Origin: an uncultured Phycisphaerales bacterium
Lineage (GTDB): Bacteria; Planctomycetota; Phycisphaerae; Tepidisphaerales; Tepidisphaeraceae
Assembly (NCBI GenBank): GCA_963844715.1
Contig: CAWJPJ010000008.1
Coordinates: forward strand, 704,001 to 768,000
Direction of reading: 5' to 3'
Length of the DNA: 64,000 nt
Shown here: piece by piece, positions 56,000 to 64,000 of the stretch
How the letters are laid out: each line of letters opens with the position of its first letter
Position numbering within the stretch: the first letter of the stretch is position 1
Notes under the pieces: generated by a model
Told to the model about the DNA's origin: nothing
What the model saw: the letters and a program-made list of their open reading frames with translations, nothing else
The model's database searches: none
Program-made: the position numbers and the translations under genes

Positions 56000-56838
56000 C
56001 TAGGGCCTGTCTGATGAATCCAAAATCCTGAAATAGCGACGGATCATGGCGAGCTTGGTCATGGCCTGAAAGTTCACCGCCAGTTTCTCGTAACGCGTGC
56101 CCAGGCGGCGATTCTCCTTCATCCAATTCACGCAACGCTCCACCACGTTCCGTCGGCGATACGCCTTGCGATCAAAGTTCTCCTGCGGCGGCTGATTCGA
56201 TTTCGCCGGGATCACCGCTTGGATTCGGTGGCGACGCAGCCATCGCCGCACATTTCCGTAACTGTATCCCTTGTCGCCCGCCAGCCTCCTGGGGCGACGA
56301 CGGCGGCGACCGATGCGCATCGCGTTCATCACCGGCTCCACGTACCGGCTCTCGTGGCATTGGCCGGCGCTGGCCTCGACGGCGAGCGGAACTCCCTGGC
56401 CGTCAGTAACCAGGTGGAGCTTGCTGCCCCACCCGCCTCGGCTGCGGCCCAACGCGTGATCCGCCGGTTCTTCCGGGGCGGTTTTGATTTTCTGGCTCCG
56501 GCGGCGGATCGACTGGCTCGCACATTGGTGCCGTCGATGCACCACAGGTCCCAGTCGATTCGTCCTTGCTTGTCCAACCTCATCTGCAGCCGCTGGAGGA
56601 TTCGATCAATCGTTCCGTCCTTTCTCCAGCGGTTGAAGCGGTCGTAGACGCTTTGCCATCTGCCGTAACGTTCGGGCATCTCGCGCCATTGAGCGCCCGA
56701 GTGCAGAATCCAGAACATGCCGTTGAGCGTGGTGCGGTGGTCGTTCCACTGCCCGCCGCGCTTGCCGTTGCCGGGCAGCAGATCGCCGATCAACTCGTAC
56801 TGCTCATCCGTGAGCTCATAACGTCGCATCCGTGACAC
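56000..56838 (-). CDS. IS5-family transposase (orfA/orfB, -1 frame relation)
   Basis: RRYELTDEQ, NGMFWILHSGAQWREMPERYG.W..VY.RF.RW, IDGT; LGRSRGG..SKLH, GDKGYS, YRRRNVVER, TRYEK. Confidence 0.9.
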
Positions 56839-56892
56839 CTCGTCTGAAAACCGCTATTTATAACCAAAAGCGATTCATCAGACAGGCCCTAG
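56000..56892 (-). mobile_element. IS5-family (IS427/IS1031-like) insertion sequence
   Basis: Perfect inverted ends CTAGGGCCTGTCTGATGAATC / GATTCATCAGACAGGCCCTAG; duplicated CTAG. Confidence 0.92.
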
Positions 56893-57398
56893 GTGCATGT
56901 GTGATGGTCTTTTTTAGGCCGACCAATATTGTGGACAAAGTCTTTGCGGTGGTTGGGATGGTCGGTTGTGCCGGTGCCGTAATCGTCATCGGGTTGATGG
57001 CCTGATGCTGACCGCGACGAACCACGAAGCTAAGGCGACACGAACCAACGCCCTTCGCGGGCGTTCATTCTTGGCAACTTGTCTTATCCTAACTGTTCAA
57101 AAATCGGAAGTCTTTATAATCGCTCGCGGCGGCGGGGCGAGTAACAATTAAGGTGGGAGGCCGCGATGCGTCTGATCGGAATTTTGGGCGGATTTGTCTC
57201 GGGGTTTCTAAAGGTCGTCCTGTTGAGCGTGGCGGTGATCGCCGTGCTGCTTTGGTTCTTTCGGTAGGTCAGTTGATTCGAGCCGGCAACCCAATTTATG
57301 CAAACAGCTGCAATCCCCAGTCACTTCAAAAGTGTCAAGTTTTGTCCAACCCGGATTCCATTCCCGAATAAAATCGCCACCCCATCGGCTCGCGTTAT

Positions 57399-58233
57399 TT
57401 AGTGGCTGTGCTTCGGCCGCCGACCCCGGCGAAGTCCCAGCAATCGCGTCGCCGCGTACATCGCAAAGATGATGCTCGTGATGAAAAAACTCACCGGATA
57501 AGGAAAATAAAACGCCAGGATAAGCCCGGTCCACGTCGCGAAAAGTGCGATGACGATCGATATGGCGATGCCCCTGCGCCGGCGTGCTCGCGAGGCGCTC
57601 CGCGATGGCGGCGGGGGTGACCATCAAAGCGAAAATCAGAAGCACGCCTACGATCTGGACCGCAATCGATGTGGCGACGGCGATGATGAGCATGAAGACG
57701 ATGCCGATCGTGAAAACGGACAGGCCCTTCGCCTCGGCGACGTCTTCATCCAAAGAAGAGAAAAGAAGGGGGCGGTAAATGCAGGCGATGGCGATCAGGA
57801 TCACAATTCCGGCCACAAGGGTGATGACCACGCTGCTCTGGCTGATGCCGAGAATCTCGCCGAAGAGGAGCGAATAAGCTTCGGTTGCGTAGCCCTTGTA
57901 GAGGCTGATGAATAACACACCCAGGCCGAGCATGAAGGAAAGAACCGTGCCAACCTGAACGTCGCGGCCCTCGGCTTTTTTTCCAAGAGCGCCCATCAAT
58001 ATCCCCCCGCCCATCGTGAACGCGAGAAGTCCGACGATCGGATTCAATCGCAAAAGCACTGCTCCCGCGGCTCCGGCGAAGCCGGCGTGAGAAAGCGCAT
58101 GGGCGGCAAACGACGATCGCCTCACCACGACGAAATAGCCGACCACGCCCGCCACGATCGAGACGATGGTGCCCGCCTCCAGCGCGTGACGCATGAAATC
58201 GTACTGCCAGATTATTTCAAACTGGTTTATCAC
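57399..58233 (-). CDS. Zn/Mn ABC transporter permease (ZnuB-like); frameshift near 57572
   Basis: FMRHAL..G, HALSHAGFAG, LLFGEILG, SLDEDVAEAKG, IVGVLLIFAL..TPAA.A. Confidence 0.9.
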
Positions 58234-58239
58234 GAAAAG

Positions 58240-59067
58240 CTATTCAGTGTGGTCGTGGTGGTGATGATGCGGCGGGGCTTCCTCGGACCCGATCACGGCC
58301 AGACGCCCCTGCGAATCGCGAAGCACCTCGATCGGCGCGCCGTACAGTTGCGTCAGCGATTCCGAGGTCATCACATCGCGCGGAGCCCCGACGGCGACAT
58401 TTCCATTGGCCAGATAAATCACCGAATCCAACGCCGATAGAAGCGGGTTAATATTATGAGCGATCAGCAGAACCGTGGCGTTGCGCGACTCGGCGACATC
58501 GTGAATAAGTCTCACCATCCTGGTCTCGTGCCGGATATCCAGATTCGAAAGAGGTTCGTCAAGAAGCAGGAGTTCCGGATCGCTGACCAGCGCTTCGGCT
58601 AGAAACACGCGTTGTAACTCTCCTCCGGAAAGAGTGCCGAGCGGCGCGTACGCCAGATCCTCCGCGCCCACCGAGCGCAAAGCCTCCATGGCCCGGCGCT
58701 TCTCGTCTCTTTTTGCCGCCGGCAGACTGATGCCGAATCGGTTTCCCGAAATGCCCAGCCGCACTAGCTCGATCGATTGGATGCGCAAATCCCTGTCGAT
58801 GGTATGCCTTTGCGGCACATAGCCGATTCTCGGATTCCCGCGCCTCGGTTTTTCGCCGAACAGTTCGATCGCGCCTTCGGTCGGGGTCATCAAACCCAGA
58901 AGTAGCCGGAACAAAGTCGTCTTGCCCGCGCCGTTGGGTCCGAGGATGGCGACGAATTCCCCCTTCGAGACCGAGAAATTCGCGGTATGCCAGACCGGCG
59001 CCCCGGAATAACCCGCGGAGAGATTTCGCGCACGGACGATTTCTTGCACGTCATTTCCCGAGGGCAT
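58240..59067 (-). CDS. Zn/Mn ABC transporter ATP-binding protein (ZnuC-like)
   Basis: GPNGAGKTT, IGYVPQ, LSGGELQRV, LLLDEP, His-rich C-terminus HHHHHDH. Confidence 0.92.
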   Translation of the reverse strand: MPSGNDVQEIVRARNLSAGYSGAPVWHTANFSVSKGEFVAILGPNGAGKTTLFRLLLGLMTPTEGAIELFGEKPRRGNPRIGYVPQRHTIDRDLRIQSIELVRLGISGNRFGISLPAAKRDEKRRAMEALRSVGAEDLAYAPLGTLSGGELQRVFLAEALVSDPELLLLDEPLSNLDIRHETRMVRLIHDVAESRNATVLLIAHNINPLLSALDSVIYLANGNVAVGAPRDVMTSESLTQLYGAPIEVLRDSQGRLAVIGSEEAPPHHHHHDHTE

Positions 59068-59971
59068 TGGCGTTCAGGGCATTTTGCAGAATGAGAAGCT
59101 GGGCGTTCATCCATTCCTGGAACGTCGCGTCCGGGGGCTGGATGGTTTCGGTAACGCCAATCACGGGAATGTTCGCGTCGGCGGCAAGTTTTTTTACGTT
59201 GTCGGTCAGCGGCGTCACCGTCTGTTCATTGTAAACCAGAACCTGCGGCTGGTGGCTATTAATCTGCTTCTCAAATTCCACGACGCTGCTCACGGGCGGG
59301 TCGTTCCCTTCCGCGACCGCATCGATAAATTCCGGAGGAGAGATCAGGTTCAGCCCCGCGGCATCCGCAAGGTAGACGAAAATGCTCTCGGTGGACGCGA
59401 CTTTCGTCCCGCCGAATGTGCGTTTGATATTTGCGATGCGGTTTTGGTATTCGGCAAGCGAAGACTGGAGTGCTTTATATTGAGCCTGAAAATACGCGGT
59501 GTCGTTCGGATCGATGGAAATTAGATCGTTCTCCATCTGCGCGATGACTTGATTGACGTAATCCGGGCTGTACCAGAAGTGGGGATTATCGCCTTCTTTT
59601 TTGCCCAGAAGTTTCGCCACGACGAGAACTTTTCTGTTGGGATTGGGACCCGCGGAGAGAAGGGAGTCGCCCCAGCTATCGTATCCCGCGCCGTTCAATA
59701 TGACGTAATTGGCGGTGGCGAAGAGCCTGGCATCGCCGGCGTTGCTTTCGTATTCATGCGGGTCGGCGTTGGGATCGGAGACGATGGAAGTGACCGACAC
59801 TTTGTCGCCGCCAAGCTGCGAAACCAGGGAACCCCAGAAATTTTCCCCGGCAATTACGGTAATCGTCGCAGCGTCCCCGGCCCAGGCAGGGGGCGATTGG
59901 CAGAAAACAAAGATCGCGACCATCGCCGGAAGGCAACCGACGGCAACTCGCGCAAAAAATTTTCCATTCAT
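59051..59971 (-). CDS. Zn/Mn ABC transporter substrate-binding protein (ZnuA-like)
   Basis: ENFWGS..QLGG, DPNADPHEYE, NGAGYD.W, NPHFWYSP. Confidence 0.9.
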   Translation of the reverse strand: MNGKFFARVAVGCLPAMVAIFVFCQSPPAWAGDAATITVIAGENFWGSLVSQLGGDKVSVTSIVSDPNADPHEYESNAGDARLFATANYVILNGAGYDSWGDSLLSAGPNPNRKVLVVAKLLGKKEGDNPHFWYSPDYVNQVIAQMENDLISIDPNDTAYFQAQYKALQSSLAEYQNRIANIKRTFGGTKVASTESIFVYLADAAGLNLISPPEFIDAVAEGNDPPVSSVVEFEKQINSHQPQVLVYNEQTVTPLTDNVKKLAADANIPVIGVTETIQPPDATFQEWMNAQLLILQNALNANALGK

Positions 59972-60048
59972 GGCCGGCTCCGCGGCAATTCGATAATCGT
60001 CATTCGTCTGATCGTGTCCGCCGTCAGCAAGCATAGGCGGCCAACGCG

Positions 60049-60073
60049 ATAAATGCAATGTAGTTGCATTTAT
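60049..60073. promoter_or_regulatory. Fur/Zur-family-like operator palindrome
   Basis: ATAAATGCAA-TGTAG-TTGCATTTAT, a perfect 10-bp inverted repeat about 80 bp upstream of the metal ABC operon. Confidence 0.65.
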
Positions 60074-60268
60074 TTATTTGGTTCGGCGCCCCCAAGCAAG
60101 CGGCCAATTTCGGGCATTGCTCGCACGTTGCGCGGGGGGTACGCGTCGCCATGTCTGATAAACCGGACTGGCCTAGGACCAAACCCCTAGTGGAAAACGA
60201 GCAATCCGTCCGATGCAGCTAAATCAAGAAATAGCCAATGATAAGGATAGCCAATTGAGGAGTTTTTC

Positions 60269-60460
60269 GTGACTGATCGTAGAAACAAAAGCGAGAATCA
60301 AGCGGCCCAGGAATCAATCGGCTACACCCAGCAGGCCCCGGCCGGGAAGAAGGGCCTCCGGAAACAGTGGAGCCAGCAATGCGACGACTCCTGGGCGGGG
60401 AGCGAAGCCGTGCAACCCCAGGCAAGCGCGCAAATGATTCAGCATTCCGGGGCGGATTGA
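60269..60460 (+). CDS. Small hypothetical protein
   Basis: GAGGAG RBS 6 nt before GTG; hydrophilic 63 aa. Confidence 0.4.
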   Translation: MTDRRNKSENQAAQESIGYTQQAPAGKKGLRKQWSQQCDDSWAGSEAVQPQASAQMIQHSGAD

Positions 60461-60593
60461 ACCCCGGCCGTAGGGCGATTTGAGTTACCGCGAAGTTCCA
60501 GACGAGCGCCGCCTCATCCGCAACTTTGCGGTTTTTTTGCTTCACCAAGACCCACCAAAATCCCACCGAAACGCAACTGTATACCACGAAGCG

Positions 60594-60650
60594 AAAAAAA
60601 GGGGTCGGGAGTCGTTTATCGAAAACGACTCCCGACCCTTTATTTTTTTT
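60594..60650. repeat. Strong palindrome (REP-like / bidirectional terminator)
   Basis: GGGTCGGGAGTCGTTT-ATCGA-AAACGACTCCCGACCC, flanked by A- and T-runs. Confidence 0.7.
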
Positions 60651-60744
60651 ATTTTTTCCACGCCTTTTTCCCGGCCTTATGATCGAAGTTGCGCGGGCGG
60701 CTTCAGCCTTGCACTGGCACGGGTTATGAACTAAACCGAGAAGC

Positions 60745-61077
60745 ATGACTGTTCTGAATTACATCGCCTGCTTCTTCGCCGGGCTATTTGTATGTAATTC
60801 CATTCCGCACCTGTCAGCGGGATTGCGCGGTGAACCATTTCCCAGCCCATTTTCAAAGCCCCCGGGCGTCGGGCCTTCGCGGGCGGTGGTGAATTTTCTC
60901 TGGGGGTCGGGGAATCTCGGCGTGGGGATTGTTCTGGCTCGCCTCGGGTCGTTTGAGTTGGGGTGGAATTTACCAACCGCGATATTCGTCGCGGCGTTTC
61001 TTTTGATGGGCCTGATGATGTCCAGGCATTTCGAAAAGGTCAGGCCCGGGTTAAGCGAGAAAAAGCACGGGGAGTAG
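60745..61077 (+). CDS. Conserved hypothetical small membrane protein
   Basis: FFAGLFVCNSIPHL..G..GEPFPSPF..PPG.G.S..VVNFLWG; three hydrophobic helices. Confidence 0.75.
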   Translation: MTVLNYIACFFAGLFVCNSIPHLSAGLRGEPFPSPFSKPPGVGPSRAVVNFLWGSGNLGVGIVLARLGSFELGWNLPTAIFVAAFLLMGLMMSRHFEKVRPGLSEKKHGE

Positions 61078-61219
61078 AATCCAGCGGCACGGCTCGTTCG
61101 TCGAACTCTGTTTAAGCTCATTTATACGCTACAGACCAGCGTTGACTCGTGTCCGGCCAGTAGCCAACGGATAACCTTTTTATTTGCGTCCGGTCGGCAA
61201 AGGCTTTGTACATTGAACG

Positions 61220-62435
61220 GTGGTGAGAGCGAGCTCCTTCAAGCTGATCGTCGTCCTGGGGCTGCTCGCGGCAGGGCGTGCCCCCGCGCAAATGCCCCCC
61301 GCGACGCAACCCGCCGAGGGTTTTGGGCCCCCTAGGTATCAACAGGCGGTCTTGCCCCCGGTCCCGCTGGACGGCTTCACCTTCACTCATCCGATGACCG
61401 TGATTAATCAGGCCGAACTGGCCGAAGTGAAGAGGCGCATCGCCGCGCATATCGAGCCGCAAGCTAGCGCCTTCGCCAAGCTCCTCCACGACGCCGATGC
61501 GGCCCAGAATTTCCAGCCCGATCCTCCCGACACGATGGACGTCGTAGGCGGCTACGAGCCGCACTCGAACGAGGACACCGTGATCCGTCCGTGGTTCTGG
61601 CGGAACTGCCATGCGGCTTATGCCAGCGCTTTGGCGTACGCCTACACCGGCGACCGAAAATACGCCGACGAGGCAGGGCTGGTATTGAACGCCTGGGCCG
61701 CCAAGGGGACAACATTTGTCGGCCACGACAGGGGATTGCAACTGGGCTCGTGGTTTTCACCCATGCTTTACGCCGCGGATTTGCTGCATGGGTACGACGG
61801 CTGGAAAGAACCGGATCGAATTCGCTTCAATTCCTGGTGGCGAACCAACTGCCTGCCCTACACCATTGAGAAGATGCACCAGCGCAAGAATAATTTTAAG
61901 GACGCCGGCCTGCTCGGCGTGATGTCGGCGTCGGTGGTCCTCGAAGACAAATCCCTGATGTCCGATGCGCTGGCGGAATTGCAAAGCTACTTTGAGCCGC
62001 GCGATGACCAAATCGTCAAGTCGCAAGGCGATTGGAAGATCCAGCAGGACGAGCGGGGCGTTTTTCTTCCCGCGGAAGTGACGCGTAACGGCGGCGCCAG
62101 CGGGATCACCTATACAGCATATGCGATGACAACAATGGTCGAGGCTTTGGAAATCGCGCGTTACACGGGCCACGATTACTGGCATCGGCGCACCCCCGAA
62201 GGGGCCGATTTGCAGGGGGTCATCGAGTGCTATTTCCGCTGGGACGTGCTTAAGCAGCCCTTTCCCTGGAACGCGAATCCACTGCATTTCCAGACGCGGA
62301 AGAACACGTTTGAAATTGCCAACAATCATTTCCACTTGATGCCGGAAATAATTGACTGGCTAAAGCAAAACCGGCCGGTAAACGGCGCAGGGGGATGAAT
62401 ACGTTACGCTCAACAAAGGGGACATCGCGCCCTAG
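61220..62435 (+). CDS. Alginate lyase family (alpha/alpha-toroid) protein, copy 1; C-terminus extended past an apparent 2-bp deletion near 62388
   Basis: AYASALAY..TGD..YA..A..VLNAWA, RGLQLG.W, NN.KDA, GITY..Y; shifted tail GDEYVTLNKGDIAP*. Confidence 0.75.
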
Positions 62436-62524
62436 CCGCGGAGATTGCTTCAAGTAAACGGATAACCACCCGCCGGTTTTTATTTTTGCGTCCGTCTGCC
62501 GACGGCTTCGTACATTGACTGCTG

Positions 62525-63761
62525 GTGAGATTCAGTTTCTTCAAGCTGCTTGTCGTCCTGGGGCTGCTCGCAGGAGGGTGTGCAACCGCGCAGATCCCCC
62601 CGGCGACGCCCCCGGCGACACAGCCCGCGACACAGCCCGCCGACGGGTTTGGGCCGGCCAAGTATCAGGAAGCAGTCCTGCCGCCCGTGCCGCTGGAGGG
62701 GTTCACTTTCACTCACCCAATGACCGTGATCAATCAGGCCGAACTGGCGGAAGTGAAGAGGCGCATCGCGGCGCATATCGAGCCGCAGGCCAGCGCCTTC
62801 GCCAAGCTCCTCCACGATGCCGATGCGGCCCAGAGTTTTCAGCCCGATCCCCCCGACACGATGAACCTCATGGGCGCTCATGTGCCCAACTCGAACGAGG
62901 ACACGGTGATTCGTCCCTGGTTGTGGCGGAATTGCCATGCGGCGTACGCGAGCGCACTGGCGTACGCCTATACGGGCCAGCGGCAATATGCCGACAAGAC
63001 CATCGAGATTCTCAACGCCTGGGCCGCGAAGAAAACGAAATTTGTCGGGCCGGCCAGGGGATTGCAACTCGGCTCATGGTTTACCCCGATGCTCTATGCG
63101 GCCGATTTGCTCCACGATTACGACGGCTGGAAACAACCGGATCGAATTCGCTTCAATTCCTGGTGGCGAAACAACTGCCTGCCATACCCCATCGAGAAGA
63201 TGCACGAACGCAAGAATAACTTTAAGGACGCAAGCATGCTGGGAGTGATGTCGGCATCGGTGGTGCTCGAAGACAAATCCCTGATGTCCGATGCCCTGGC
63301 CGAACTGCAGAGCTACTTCGAGGCGCGCGATGACCAAATCATCAAAGCGAACGGCGATTGGAAAATCCAGCAGGACCAGCGGGGCGTTTTCCTTCCGGCG
63401 GAAGTGACCCGAAACGCAGGATCGAGCGGGATTACCTACGAGGGTTATGTCCTGACCACGATGGTCGAGTCGCTGGAAATCGCGCGCTACACGGGGCACG
63501 ATTACTGGCATCGCCGGACGCCGGATGGCGCCGATCTGCAGGGTCTGATCGAATGGTATTTCCGCTGGGACGTAATGAAGCAGCCGTTCCCCTGGAACGC
63601 GAATCCACTGCATTTTGAGACGCGGAAAAACCCGTTCGAGATTGCCAACAATCATTTCCACCTGATGCCCGAAATAGTTGACTGGCTGAAGCAGAATCGC
63701 CCGGTGAACGGCGCAGGGGGATGAATACGCCACGCTGAACAAAGGGGACATGCCGCCTTAG
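62525..63761 (+). CDS. Alginate lyase family protein, copy 2 (lipoprotein signal LAGGC)
   Basis: Closely related paralog of copy 1; shifted tail GDEYATLNKGDMPP*. Confidence 0.75.
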
Positions 63762-63853
63762 CCGCAGAGATTGCTCAAAGTAAACGGATAACCATCCGCC
63801 GGCTTTTTTAATTTGCGCGTCCGTTTGCCAACGGCTTTGTACATTGACTGTCG

Positions 63854-64000
63854 GTGAGATTGAGCTTCTTGAAGCTGATGGTCGTCCTGGGGGTGTTCGC
63901 AGGAGGGTGTGCGACCGCGCAGATCCCCCCGGCGACGCCCCCGGCGACACAGCCCGCCGCACAACCCGCCAAGGGTTTTGGCCCGGCGAAGTATCAAGAG
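63854..64000 (+). CDS. Alginate lyase family protein, copy 3 (5' part, truncated by the window end)
   Basis: MRLSFLKLMVVLGVFAGGCATAQIPPATPPATQPAAQPAKGFGPAKYQE matches the N-terminus of copy 2. Confidence 0.8.
   Translation, partial: MRLSFLKLMVVLGVFAGGCATAQIPPATPPATQPAAQPAKGFGPAKYQE

Larger units (their letters stand above)
55724..57005 (+). pseudogene. Small membrane protein gene interrupted by IS5
   Basis: Removing the IS and one CTAG joins ...SAAGVLL to GACVMVFFRP...VIGLMA* in frame. Confidence 0.75.

Noticed and set aside
62385..63761. Programmed readthrough, selenocysteine or frameshift at the identical TGA ending both lyase copies
   Set aside because: The conserved tail is in another frame and is restored by adding GC at GGCGCAG, the same error context seen elsewhere. 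I cannot fully exclude recoding without reads.

Overview
A GC-rich bacterial chromosomal segment, most likely Planctomycetota (Phycisphaerae/Tepidisphaerales-like). This is inferred from LEERQLLS planctomycete export motifs, a HYExAFE protein, ATQP linkers and an FHA-GAF histidine kinase. Housekeeping genes are eno, cca, rsmD, bioB, fabI, mscL and cheB. Glycan-degrading or surface proteins include a CE8 pectinesterase, a GH28 with a VPLPA-type sorting tail, a PEP-CTERM protein, two tandem beta-helix/PKD proteins and at least three tandem alginate-lyase-family genes. There is a 13-kb lipid-linked glycosylation locus: NDP-sugar dehydrogenase, SDR epimerase/decarboxylase, a probable methyltransferase-GT2 fusion, three tandem GT-C-like paralogs and a fourth convergent GT-C-like gene. 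Also present are a transglutaminase/ATP-grasp/alpha-E operon, a Zn/Mn ABC transporter with a Zur-like palindrome, a TIR-domain defence-like islet, two IS elements (IS630 and IS5, both inserted at CTAG) and a REP-like repeat family. Many genes carry 1-2 bp frameshifts that cluster at GCGC. These are best read as long-read consensus errors at a methylated motif, not as pseudogenes. No rRNA, tRNA or CRISPR array was seen. The strongest novelty candidates are the glycosylation locus, a conserved structured 5' leader upstream of both beta-helix/PKD genes, the TIR islet and the inferred GCGC methylation. All family assignments come from motif recognition, not database searches.
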